From the NCBI RefSeq assembly GCF_036321535.1, contig NC_087437.1, forward strand, positions 15,626,001-15,690,000: a stretch of 64,000 nt of DNA, written 5' to 3'. This document shows, one piece after another, positions 1 to 12,452 of this stretch (the stretch's first letter is position 1; each line of letters begins with the position of its first letter). The stretch comes from Camelus dromedarius. Taxonomy: Eukaryota. A program made the position numbers and the translations under genes. A model generated the notes under the pieces. The model ran no database searches. It was not told the origin of the DNA and saw nothing but the letters and a program-made list of their open reading frames with translations.

Positions 1-2161
1 CTAACCGACCAGCGGTCAGACCCATCGATCGATGGACGAATGGGCAGCAAACCCCTGTCCCAGCCCAGAAAAGAGCCCAGGCTCTGGCTGAGTCTTCCTT
101 ACTCAAGGCCCTCTGACCTAAATCAGCCAAGCTGGGTGGGAGGACAGGGAGAGGGTGAGGAGAGGATGGGGCCAAAGGGACCCTGAGCCCCTAACTCAAG
201 TGGACCAACTCTCAGCCTGCATGTCAGAAGCCTCCGGGTGCTGGGTGCGTGAGGGGTGCAGGTGGGGCCCCAGGATATGACACCAAGCCTGGGAAGAGCA
301 CAGAAACGTGGGGGTGTGCCTGGTGGGGCTGTGCAAGGCCTGGGTTTCAGTCGGGCCAACCTCCAGCAACCTCTTGGCCTCAGGAACGTATCTGTGGGGA
401 GACTGGGGGAGTGAATGAGATGGTGGGTCACGTGGGAAAGTCAGTGTCACTGATTCCCGGGGGGATGCAGGGTGGCGGGTCCTCTGCTGGCAAGTGCAGG
501 ATCAGAGGTATGAAGCCACTGTGCCCAGTGTGGGGCTGCGCCCACATGCATCCATATACCCCCGAGGACTGTGAGAGTCCCGTTACTCGGTGCTATAGAC
601 CCCAGAGATGTGGTGAGAGGGTGAGGATGGGGTGTCACCACCAGCTCTGGCCGGAGCTGCTCCACGACCCCCTCTGGGCAGCACTGGATGTGACATAGTG
701 CCAGCTGGTTAGGGACCTGGTCACCGTCAGGCCACAGAGGGGCTCCCAGGCACTAGCCAAGTTCAGCCCTCAGAGGCAGGCCACATGCATTTTCCCTCTG
801 CTGAAAAGCCCCTTCCTTTAGGACCCAGGCCTCCTTCCTTCTCGACCTCAGACTGGGTTTGGCCACCTCTCTCTGTCCCCTGGGTCCCTCTTAGGAGGAG
901 GGGTGAGGGAGGGGCCTTGGTCCCTTTGACCTGAAGCCTCGGACACGTCCAGGATCCGAGGCTGTTCCTCTCCTAGGAGGGAGCAGAGCGTGTGGTGGGC
1001 AGGCAGGTGGTGCACACCCCACTGTGAGGCTGTGGCCTCACCCAGCAACCTAGCCTTTTCTTTCTTCACTTTCTGCTCTTCCACAAAGACCAAAACAGTC
1101 CCTGGACCCCTGCCCCCACCCTTCCGTCCCGCACGGTCTTACACCGGAGCGCCCTTAAAGCCCTGCACCATCGGGGCTCACTCGGCTGCTCCCGGAGCTG
1201 GGATTTTTTTGCCTCCATCACTCAGATCACCATCAGGGCCTCTCCTGGGCCCAGCCAGCCCCTCAGAAGGGAGTGGGGACACCTGAGCAGCCCTGCTGAG
1301 ATTCCCCCTCTCAGTGTCCTCTCCCCTCTCGGGACTCTGGCTCCTGTCACCCTCTGACAAGGGCCGTCACGGGGACTTAAGTGGGTATGAAGTGGACTTA
1401 CACATTTAACAAGCTTCAGCTCTGCAAACGAGGCCTCCCCTGCCCCCATTTCCAAGAAGGATGGCATTTCTAAAATGGGACTGAAAACTCTATTATTAGT
1501 TCTACCCTTTTTGGGTTCCATCTTACAATATCTGAACATTAAAAATACCCGTAATGATTTATGCCTCATTAAATTTACCTTTGGAACAGATTCTATAAGA
1601 TTCAAATATGATTTGGCATAAATACATTTAAAACACCAGTGGCATTAACTAGATTATTCTAATTTTAAACCAAAACAATGGGAAGATGTACCAAACTGCA
1701 CTAAACCTTAGACGCCATCTGGTCTACTGAGGGGGAAACTGGGATCCAGGGAAGGTGAGTGAGGACCAGAAGCAGGACTGGAGCCCGGGTCATCTATCAC
1801 CCATTCCGGGCGTCTTTCTCTGCCCTGCTCTGCTTATTCACACGTCTCCTGCCTTTCAGAGGCTTGGCATTCCATTTGAAGTTAACACAATTCTGCGTCC
1901 TGCTTTTAGTGTTTCCCATAATGGGCTGCCTTGTTATTGCTGGGGTTTATGCTCCAGCTCTGGGATCCCGTCTGGTGTGTAAGCTGTTTTACTTCTCCAC
2001 CTGTGCGCATGCAGACACTCTGGTCCCCTGAGCCCAGAGGTGGCCCCAGGCTCCCAGCACAGTGCTCCAGGGAGCCATTTCCAATTGACTGGAGATTGGC
2101 CCCAGGGGTTAAACCAATCTATTGTCTCAAAGAATGGCCCCAAGAAGGCCCTGCAGCTTAC

Positions 2162-2224
2162 CGTGGGCGTCTTTCCCTCCAGGCTGCCGGGGTCTTGTGT
2201 TTCCATTTTTATCACCTTGTAAAC
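2162..2224 (-). CDS. KY: KY coding exon 5 (63 nt; RLQGDKNGNTRPRQPGGKDAH); gene continues off the left end of the window
   Basis: Acceptor gatattgtag|GT and donor CACG|gtaagc. In frame with exon 4 and matches recalled KY 'RLQGDKNGNTRPRQPGGKDAH'. Confidence 0.95.
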
Positions 2225-3094
2225 CTACAATATCCCAAAGGCCAGAAGTAGAGACACTTCAGAAGCAATAGAAAAGCAAGCACAGATGGCTCCCTGTGTG
2301 GTGGTCCTTGCTTCTGAACCCTCCTCTTCACCCTCCTTCTCACCCCTTCTTGTTCCCATCTCCCACCCCCGAATTGCTGCTGGGATTGCCCTGGACTTCC
2401 TGGTGAGGCAGAGGGAGGACCAGGAGCCAGGGAAGGGGTGGCGAGAAAGAGAAGTGTAGTCTGTGAGCAGAGGGAGAATCTGCTGGGACATTGAGGCTTG
2501 TGATTATTCAGTGGCCCTGCCCGGACCCCTGTGCTCTCAACCTCCTCCGGAGGCTCCCAGCATCTTGAACACAGTTGGGGATCCTGGGAGCACCAGTGAG
2601 TTCCCTGACGGGGGACCCCCAGGCAAGAACCGTCCACGGGCAGACATGAACGTGGGGAGACGGGAATTATTCCTCAGGAAGGTTCAAAGACAACCAAATC
2701 CCATAAACCCAGGACTGTTGAGGCAGAATGGTCACCAACGGTTATCAGACTCCATGAGAAACAGAAGAATCTCCTGCTGATCTGAAACCAGATCAGGAAG
2801 ATGTGGGTCCCTGATGGAAGCAGGAGGATCTGGTGGAGGAGGGGGAGTGGGTGCCAAGGCTGGTTGTCTTTGCCCTTGAAGGCAATTGTAGGCTGTAAAT
2901 ATAACAACGGAAGGTTGCAAATGTATATAGGCCACTCTGAGAACAGTGGGCCTGTTCCTTCTTGCACCCACATTTTGTTTCCACCTACATACCTTGGTAG
3001 AGTGATGGGGGTTCAGAAGAGTAGCCCCCAAGTCTTGTGTACCTACCACACCTGGCTCATGCTTTATATTGCCTAGCTCCTGTAACCTACACGA

Positions 3095-3215
3095 GCCTCT
3101 GAGGGACGCTGAATTATCATCTTCCTCCTAAAGATGAGGAAACTGAGTCCAAAAGAGAGGTTAAGCCACTTGCCTGAGCTCACACAGCTGAGCTGTGAAT
3201 CCAGCCATTCAACTC
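3095..3215. mobile_element. MIR SINE fragment
   Basis: MIR core 'gatgaggaaactgag...gttaagccacttgcctgagctcacacagct'. Confidence 0.75.
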
Positions 3216-3494
3216 CCAGGGGCTGCCCTCTCCGCACCTGCCTGCCCTCGTGAGACCTGGGTAGCCAAGGGCTGCAGGCCCAGGCAGCCTCGGAGGAACT
3301 GCCTTGGCCCACCGAGTGGACGTGGAGTGAACCTGAGCCTTGGCTGTTCTGCAGCCTCCATTCCTTGGACAGCATTTCCCCAGACCCCTGTTTAGCCACA
3401 GATTGGACAGATGCAGGGAGAGGACCGAGAAGAGGGCAGAGGAGACGTGGTGGGCCTGGGTCTAGGCCTGTGCACATGGCTCGGAAGGCTGCCA

Positions 3495-3690
3495 AGTACG
3501 GTAGTTAAGAGCACAGGCTGCATTTGGACCTGGGTTCTGACCCGCCTCCTAGTTGGGTGACTTAGGCAGCTAACACCTCTCTGAGTCTTTGCTGATTTAA
3601 AAGGTGGGGATAATTCTGGTATATATCAAAGAAGTAAGTTACTGAGTGTACAGTGCTTAGCAGTGTCACAGTCAATAAATGGTATCTAAA
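3495..3690. mobile_element. MIR SINE fragment (opposite orientation to the 3095 copy)
   Basis: 'gtagttaagagcacagg...gggtgacttaggcag...acctctctgagtct...cagtgcttagcagtg'. Confidence 0.65.
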
Positions 3691-3962
3691 AACAACGACA
3701 TTCTTGTGATGAAATTCATCTTTAGCTAAATGCTTGGTGTTACCCATGCCTAATGGCACAGACTTTAAGGACAGGGGTTGCTGACTATGGAGAAGAGAGC
3801 TCCCAGGATGAAGCTGTTGTGTCTCTGCCTCATTCCAGTGTGTAGACCCAGGTCACCACTCTCCGTCCCCTAGAAGGTGCCCAGGCTGGGCTCTGGCTCT
3901 TCCAGCTGCCCTCCATCCTCCCTGCCAGCCCTCCACATACAAGCAGCCCTGTACGTACGTAC

Positions 3963-4037
3963 GTTTAGCCAAGGAGAACTTCTTGAGCAGCTGGGGCATG
4001 GCGTCTCGAGGGTGGACCTCCACAGTCAGCTGTGTCC
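3963..4037 (-). CDS. KY: KY coding exon 4 (75 nt; GTQLTVEVHPRDAMPQLLKKFSLAK)
   Basis: Acceptor tattcctttgcag|GG and donor AAAC|gtacgt. The peptide is visible in ORF 3853..4128(-) and matches KY. Confidence 0.95.
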
Positions 4038-4199
4038 CTGCAAAGGAATAGGAGGTGATATTCTCTGCCAGATGCTGCCAGGAAAGGGTGCAGTGTCTCA
4101 TAACAGATATCTGAACAACAAAACACAAGTGGTTTTAGAGCTTTCTTTTGAATACCCAAGTAATTTTTGTTTAAAAAAAACCCCAAAACCAAGAAATAA

Positions 4200-7100
4200 G
4201 CAGTTTCCAGATCTGGGCAAGATGGAGTAAACATATTCCGCCTTGTCTCTCCCACTGACTGTAGCTGTAAGCATTGGAAAGAATGCATGGACCAACTATT
4301 TGAGGACTCTGCAAAGTAAATGATAGAAGGCAAATTGGGGAAGAAGACTAGAATTTAAAGCATCATTAAATTGGCAAAACTGACCATTCCCCTACCCTTA
4401 TAGTATTACCTAGACTGGACTCAAAGGCAGCTCCAAACCTAGAAATGCACGTTGGATGCAGGGAAAGAGTGCTCTAAGGGAAGCCCTTTCTTCCAGCCTA
4501 TGCAATGAGAAAGGGAAACTCTAAGAGTCAGAGAGAGTGGGGGAAATTTCCACCCGCCACCGTTTTCTGTTATCTCCAGACTCAGCCCCTAGGGAAATTC
4601 TGTTGGTAGCAGTGCAGCAGTGATTCTGCTGGCCCTGTAGGCACCTAAGTCTTTGAGGGAAGGAACCAGCAAAGCTACCATTCCCAAGAGTGTGGGGGAA
4701 AATACTCATTGGTTTTTTTCTCTTTCTATTCTCCACTGTTTGGCTCCAGATGCAGACACAGTGGTGAGAAATACCTGGACAAATGGGGAAACTAAAATCC
4801 CAGCTTTTGGGCTGAAGGACAGGGAAGTGGGTAGTAACGAGGTAGGGAGCTCAAGAAAGCAATTCCGTAAAGTTATGGATGAACTCCTGTGGTCACCTCT
4901 GCATGGATGGGTCTCAACCATGTTGTGTATGCTTGGATCTCATCCTAAACATCATATCACAGCCTTTGAGAATTAAACTATGGGGAAGACCAATGCCCAG
5001 ACTGACTGCTGGGTGGTGCATGTGCAGGGCAGATCTGTACAGCATTACAAAGGCTACAATTCCAAATTACTCAGTATGGAATGACCTTGGAAAATGTATC
5101 AACTTAAAAAGGAAAAGAAAATCAACAGATGCTAACACCGTGATGACACAGATTTTGGAATTACCAAAGACTTAAAACACCATGATGACCATGCTCTAAG
5201 AAGTGAGGGCAAACAGTCTTGAAATAAAGGAAAAGAGATAAAGTATCAGTCAAAGTGAGAGGATATGAAGAAGAAACAAACAAACAAAAAATTTAGAACT
5301 GAAAATATAGTAGTTTAAAAATTATCTGGATAAGTTCAATAGCAAAATATTGATGACAAAGGAAAGAGTCAGTGAACTTGAAGACAGATCAATAAGAATT
5401 ATTCAGTACGAACAATAGAGAGAAACAGTGAACAGAACCTCAGGAACCTGTGGGACAATACCTAAAGATTTAACATTCATGTCACTGAGATCTCAGAAAG
5501 AAAGGAGAAATAGTGTGGTACAGAAGAAATATTTAAAGAAATAATGACAGAATCATCAATGAAACCGAGAGCTGGTTTTTTGAAAAGATCAGTAAAATTG
5601 ATAAACCTCTAATCAGAGTTACCAAATAAGAAAGAGGTAAGATGCAAGTCAGGAATCAAGACACCAATATCAGGGATGAAATGAAGGCTTTCACTGCAGA
5701 CCCCATATATATTAAAAGAATAATAAAGGAATACTATAAACAACTTTATGCACAAACATTTTGCAACTTAAATGAAATAGACCAATTCCTTGAAAGCTAC
5801 AAACTACTAAAACTCACCCAATGAGTAGTTAACCTGAATATTCCTATATCTATTTTTAAAACTAAATTTGTAGCTCAAAATCTTCTGAAAACAAACAAAC
5901 AAACAAGTATGCAAACAAAAGCCATGTCCAGATGGTTTCACTGGCAAATTCTAACAAAATTTAAAAAGAAATAACACCAATATCAATTTTTCACAAGATC
6001 CTTCAGAAAACAGAAGAGCAGTGAATACTTTATAAACATTTTATGAGGCCAGCATTAATCTGATATGAAAATAAGGCAAAGACAGTGTAAGGAAAGAATA
6101 GTACAGAAAGTATTTCTTATGAACACAAACATAAAAATCTTCAATAAAATATTAGAAAATAAAATTCAGCAATATAGTAAAAGAATCAAGTCACAACTAA
6201 GTGTAGTTTATTTTGGCAATGCAAGGCCAGTTCAATATCTGAAAATCAGTGAATGTGATTCACCATATCATCAGGTTAAAGAGGAAAAACCACATGATCA
6301 TATCAATTGATGGAGAAAAAATATTTGACAAAATTGAACATCCCTTCATAACGAAACCTCTCAAGAAACTAGGAATAGAGGGAAATTTCCTAAATCCAAA
6401 AAAGAACATCTACCTAAAACCTAGCAAAAGTAGCATATTTAATGGTGAAAAGAGGAATATTTTCCCCCTAGGATTAGAAACAAGGCATGGATGTCCACTC
6501 TCTCTGTTCCTAATAAACATTATATTGAAAGTCCTATCCAGTGCATTAAGATAAGAGAAAGAAATAAAAGTCATATAGAGCAGAAAGGAAAAAATAAAAT
6601 TCTCCTATTCACAGACGATATGTCTATCTACACAGAAAAATTCTAAGTAATCTACAAAAGAAGTTCCTAGTACCAAAAGGTAAGTTTAGTATGGCCATGG
6701 GATACAAGGTCAGCACCCCAAAATTAATCATATTTATACAGGCAATAAATGATTAGAAACTGAATTTAAAAATTACTATTTCCCATAGCTCCAAAAATGA
6801 AATACTTAAGTATAAATCTAAAAAAAAAAGTGCAAGAACTTTAGGCTGAAAACTAAAAATAATATGATCAAACAAATTAAAGAAGACTTAAATAAGTGAG
6901 ATATACCATGTTCATGAAATGAAAGACTCAATATCATCGTTGGCAATTCTCTCTAAATTCATCTATAGATTTAATGCGATTTCAGTCACACTCCTTGGAG
7001 GAATTTTGTAGATTGTTGATATAGGCAAGATGATTCTAAAATTTAGATGGAAAGATACAGCAACTAGAATAACCAAACCAATTTTGAAAAAAAAAAAGTT

Positions 7101-7950
7101 GGCCTCCTCCAACTGATGCAATGATAAAGCTACAGTAATTACAACAGTGTGATGTTGGCAAAGGGATACACAGCTTAATGGAGCGTAACAGAGTTAAGAA
7201 ATAAACCCACACACAGATGGAATTTTTACAGAAAAATTTTGTCTTTGTAAAAACAATCCAATTGAAAAATGGGTAAAAGAACAGATATATCACCAAACAA
7301 GTGATTACAGGCGCCAAATAAGAGATTACAGATGTTCAGCATGATTAGCCATCAGGAAGATGCAAACTGAAAGCAGAATGAGATATCACACCTATTAGAA
7401 GAGCAATAATAAAAAAAAATCATGATAATTTTGGCTGATAAGGTTGTGGAGAAACTAGATCTCCCATATATGCTGGTGGGATTATAAAATGGTCCAGTCA
7501 CTCTGGAAAATAGCTTGGCAGTTTCTTATTAAAAAAAACAAAACAGGCACTTAACATATAACTCAATGACTACACTCCTGGGCTTTTATACCAGAGAAAT
7601 AAAAACTTATGTTTACACAAAAACATACACACAAATGTTTATAGAAGCTCCATTCATAATCACCACAAACTGTAAACAGCTAAATGACCTTCAGTGGGTG
7701 AATGAATAAATACCTTGCAGTACATCCATATCAGGGGTACTTCTCAACAGTACTCTTAGAAGCAATGGGAGGAGATGACTATAAAGTACCTGCACAGGAG
7801 AATATTGAGTGGGGGGGACAGAACTGCTCTGTATTCTGATTGTGGTGGTGGTGACATGAATCTGTGCCTGTGTTAAAACTCACTGAACCACACACGAGCA
7901 AATTTCATTTTACTGTATGCTAATTTAAATTAAAACAAAAATTTAAAAAT
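4200..7950 (+). mobile_element. Old LINE-1 (L1MC/L1MD-like) with 5' UTR, ORF1 remnant, internally deleted ORF2 remnant and 3' UTR; in KY intron 3, antisense to KY
   Basis: ORFs 5642..5824, 6065..6310 and 6249..6554 translate to decayed L1 ORF2 motifs (e.g. HMIISIDGEKIFDKIEHPF, GCPLSLFLINIILKVL). ORF1-like sequence at about 5200-5550, and an L1M-type 3' UTR ending in an A-rich tail. Confidence 0.92.
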
Positions 7951-8437
7951 GCCAACCAAACAGAAAAGTCAAGGCAGGATTAAGACAACACAAAAACGTG
8001 GATGATACAGAAAGGTGTAAAACAGAAGGTGGCAATGCAAAGCAGGGTTGTAACAAGCATGCCTTTTGCAACCTGCTTTCTTTGCTTAAGTCTTTATATG
8101 TCAGTGAGTGGTCGTGTGCCATCATTTTGAATGGCTGCATAGTACTCTAAGCTATAGATGGTTTCATAATCATTATAAGCAATCTCCTGTTGTTGGATAT
8201 TTAACTTTTCCCAAATGTTTTGCTGTTATAAACAATGGTGTGATGAACATTCTGATACACATCGCTTTACACACTTTTCAGATCCGTTCCTTCAAATAAA
8301 TTCTTAAACATGGATCACTGAGCATGAAGATTTTTAAGATTTTTTGCTAGACATTGGCCAACTTTTCTCATGAATTATCTTAACAGTTTATGATCCTCTC
8401 AACAGTGCAAGAGAATGCCGATTTTGCTTGTTCTTGC

Positions 8438-8921
8438 TGTGCTAGATTAAAAAGTTGGCCACAGTTCTTTGTAGTTCCTCCCCCAAAGAGGTCTTTTATT
8501 CCTTCCCTTGAATTTGGGTGGGACTTAGGATGTGGTTTGGCCAGTTAGCAGATGGCAAAAGTGACTCTTTGCAAGCTCGGAGCCTTGGCCTAGAGACTTT
8601 GCAGTTTCCACTTTCATTCTTGGGATTCCAGCCACAACCGCCATGTGACTGCGTCCAGGCTAGCCCCCTGGAGGGTGAGAGGCCACATGGAGTGGAGCAA
8701 AGCCGTCTCAGGTGAGGCCACCCTAGACCAGCTGGTCTCCAGCCAACCCTCCAACTGATCACCACACATGAGCGAGCCCAGCCAAGACCCGTGATCAGCC
8801 AGGTGGGGCTCAGGCAAGAACGCCCAGCCAACCTGCAGGCTTCGTGGGCTGGTAAATGCCGATTGTCTTAAGCCACTGAGCTTTGGGGTGGTTTGTAATG
8901 TAAAAATAGATCCCTAATACA
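8438..8921 (+). mobile_element. MaLR solo LTR (MLT1G/H-like)
   Basis: TG...CA ends and typical MLT1 segments ('gaggccacatggag', 'cccagccaacctgcag', 'ttaagccactgagctttggggtggtttg'). Confidence 0.8.
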
Positions 8922-8960
8922 ATCACTGACATTTGATTTTTGTTAATCCTTTAAGTTTTT

Positions 8961-9077
8961 TTTTTTTAAATTATTTTTTGGTGGGGAGGTAATTAGGGTT
9001 TTATTTATTTATTTTAATGGAGGTACTGGGGATTGAACCCAGGACTTCGTGCATGCTTTAGACTATACCCTCCCCAC
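8961..9077 (-). mobile_element. tRNA-Ala-derived SINE (camelid vic-1-like), internally deleted
   Basis: Reverse complement reads ggggagggtatag...gcatgcacgaagtcctgggttcaatccccagtacctccattaaaat...cctaattacctcccc + polyA. Flanked by target-site duplication taatcct(t/t)(t/c)aagttttt at about 8944-8960 and 9078-9094. Confidence 0.85.
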
Positions 9078-11984
9078 TAATCCTTCAAGTTTTTATCAAG
9101 GAATAATGACGTCGCATTGTTCTTGTGTATGTCTTTAATTTTCAGTGCACTATTTTTCACACATCTATGTGCCGTTTTTAACGCTTAGTTTGTGAATCGC
9201 CTATTTCCCTATTGATGCATTATTGCTTTCCTTATTGATTTTCCTTATTAACCCTTTGCCTGCTCACAGTGCTTTCACAGAATAACAGTACTTTCTCATA
9301 AACTTGCTCTGCATGCCAAAGAGAATGGCATTCTCAAACAAGTTCAGAAAATACAATGTGGCCTCCAAAGGGATTACTCTGAAGGGGTTAACATTCACTT
9401 TAGTGCAGTTTCTAGCATATTCACTATCAAAGAAAATCAGCCCGTGACTTGATAATGAAGATCTTAAGCATTTCAGCGTTAAAAGCATCATTTAGCTCTG
9501 GTCGTAGGATCAGGCGCCCTGGCCATCGGCACAAATGCTGCCTGCGCCTTCCCGTGATGCCCTGGGCGTGGGTCTGCGCGCCCCTACCTTTCCACCTTCC
9601 CCACCTGAAACACTCTGGGGCATTTTTCGAAGTGGGTGCCAAGCTGTATTTGGGTGCTAGATGCCTTGTGAAAAAAGGGTTTGAGAAACACGCCCACTTC
9701 CTTCTCTTTTGTAGGTCGCAATGCACAGTGCTCTCAGAAGTCCTGCAGCAAAGAAGTCGGCTTAACCCAGGGCCATTTTGTCAAACAGAATCTGGGAGAC
9801 ACTGGGCTGGAACAACGTCCAGAAGTGGAGAGAAGCTGTGAAACTAAACCAACCGCCTGTTGGTTTAGGGCTCAACCACAAACCTCTTCTGCGAACGTCT
9901 CCTAATGGCCAAGGACTTCCTACCACTCCCAATTCAGGTCCGTCTCTTTGTTAAAGAAAGAGTGAGCCAAAAACCAAAATACTCTTTCAGCCCCTCCGAG
10001 GCAGGCACTGAGGTAGCCTCACACGTGGAACGCAGATCGGCTGGAAGCTCCACTCACCATCAGTTCTCACCCTTCTCTCCCCCCCCTCACAGGGACAGGG
10101 CCTGACATCCAACGTCCCCCTGAGGCCCACCCCCGGCTCCGTCCCAAACTGCTGCTACTGCTCATCACCCCCCCCCCCGGACCAAGAAGCTCCCCGCCTC
10201 TCTGATGGGTGTGCGGCTGTGACTTGTACTCGCACTCACAAGTGTGTAAGAGCACTTCCGGGAGGCTTCTCTGCTCCCGGATGGGCCTGGGCCTGGTTCA
10301 CGGTACAGCCCTGTGCTTCCTAAAGGTGTGGAGTGGTAAGACTTTGCTGACTGTGACATTCCTGTATCAAATAAAACTCTTAATTTAAGGGAAAAAATCA
10401 ATTTGCCCCGTCTCCAGTGATAGAGTGAAGCGTCATTTGGAGCAAAATTTAAAGTAAGATCTAAACTTTAAATACAATCAGATACCATTACACTCATCCA
10501 AGTCAGGACCAAACCCAAAGGAGGTCCCTCTTGGGATTTCGGGTCACCCGGCTGGCTCCCTCAACTTGTTCTACAAGTTGTCACCCAAACATTTTCTGAA
10601 GCTGTAGCTTTGGCTGTCTCAGTACAAGTGTGTTAGCAATTATTTTCCGCCGCACCTAAGAAGTGGTTCCAGGCCCCTTTCCCAGATGCTGCGGGCTCTG
10701 CTTCCTACTCCCTACCCTCGAGGATGTGAAGATGCTGTGGACATGCCCAGGCACGTCTGGTGCGCTGCCCTGGGCCTGCCTGCTACCCAGTCAGGAGAGT
10801 TCTCCCACCCGACAGCTTCTCCAGGTCTCTGTGGGTTCGAAGCAGGCTCTGTTTAAAGGCCTAATTTACTCAGAATTCCTAATGCAAAGATGGCAAACAG
10901 ATTTCATGTTGTTCATTAACTCTGACTGATTGGAAGTGGCTGCCTGGAGAGCTTATCAATTAGCAAAGACCGTCAGGTGTGTGTGTGCGTGTGTGTGTAT
11001 GAATGTGAGTGAGTGTGCATACACGCGTGGGTGTATACGTGGTGGGGTGCTGCAGGATTCACATCAGATATTTGTCATCATTGACTTAAGGGGTTCCTTA
11101 ACTCTCTCCGTAACCAGCTGCCACACTTACAATTTGGATTCTCTGGCTCTGGAACATTTTCCTGCAGGAGCTGAGAGTCAGAAAACCTCAGCTAAAGCAT
11201 TTGTAACTTCTGAAAAAACAACCCTGAAACAGCCCCTGGCTAGGTATTCAACAGAGGTTTCTCCGTGTTGTGGTTTCTGCCCGGAGTGCGGTGGGCAGTT
11301 CTAGTGCAGGGAGTGTGAGCTCTGATGTCCCAGGAACAGCAAGCTGGATGATGACAGGGGACAGTCCAGCTTTGCAGGCCCCCCAACGGGTACTGCCAGA
11401 CGCCATGTGGAAGCTCCATTCAGCACCTCTACTGATGGGATGACAGCAAGTGTGGCCGAGCCCAGGACTGGGACCGCTGGGGCGTGCCTCCTGAAGCCCT
11501 GACTGACCCCGGCTTTCACTGGGCTCTTGAAAACCCAGGGCCACTCACGATTCCTTCTGCAGAATGGAGCTCGACCGGGATGTCCCAGGTCTGGAAACAT
11601 GATAGCTTGCCCTGAGCACACACATGATCAAAGGAGGCACAGAGTGTCTGCTCAGGGATAAGGGAGGATGACCTGAAGGCATGCAGGCCCCAGCAGAAAT
11701 CTGACTCCTCCAGAATAACGTTTGGGGCCTGAAGTCACCGGGGCTCCTCTCGTTCTGTGCATACACCCATTACAGGTTAAACTTCTGAAGCTCTCCTCCG
11801 GCATGAAGATCCAAGATGCCAGTGATCTTTTTATCACCTGTTGCATAAAGTTTACCCCACCTGGTGTCCCTCTGCTGGACGCTTTTCCCCAGATGCCGCA
11901 TGACCTGCTCCTTCACCACCTCCGTTACTCAAATGTCACCTCCTCAAGGAGGCCTTTCTCAACCACTCTATTTTAAATTGTCCC

Positions 11985-12452
11985 TGTGGTAGGCTGCATA
12001 ATGGCCCTTAAAGATATCCATGTCCTAATTCTAGGAACCTGTGAATGTTACCTTATACAGCAAAGGGGACTCTGCAGGCGTGATTACATTAAGGGTCTCG
12101 AGATGGGAAGGTTATCCTGGGTTATCCGGGTGGGCCCAGCGTAAGCACCAGGATGCCTATAAAATGCGGAGACTTAACCACTTGTACGGGGAGAAGGCAA
12201 AGTGATGATGGAGGCAGAGATTGGAGTGACACAGTGACAAGTGAGAAGTGCCAGAATCTTCTAGAAGCCGGCAGAGTCGAGAAAAGAGTCTCACCTAGCA
12301 CCTCCAAAAGGAACCTGCCTGCCACCCGAGAGACTGATTAGCCCAGTGTGATGGATTTGGGACTAGTAGTCTCCAAATTGTTAAAGAGAATAAATTTCTT
12401 AAGCCGCCAAGTTTGGGATAATATGTTACAGCAGCCCGGGGAAACTGATACG
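11985..12452 (+). mobile_element. MaLR solo LTR (MLT1D-like) inserted into an L2 fragment
   Basis: Starts 'tgtggtaggctgcataatggcccc...gaacctgtgaatgttacctt' and ends 'tgttacagcagc...gaaactgatac'. L2-like sequence lies on both sides (about 11860-11984 and 12453-12660). Confidence 0.85.

Larger units (their letters stand above)
8090..9255 (-). mobile_element. Ancient L1 (L1ME-like) 3' fragment, interrupted by an MLT1 LTR and a SINE
   Basis: Reverse-strand L1 text ('ttgctgttataaacaatggtgtgatgaacattc', 'cagtgcaagagaatgccgatttt') that resumes after 8925 and again after 9095. Confidence 0.65.
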
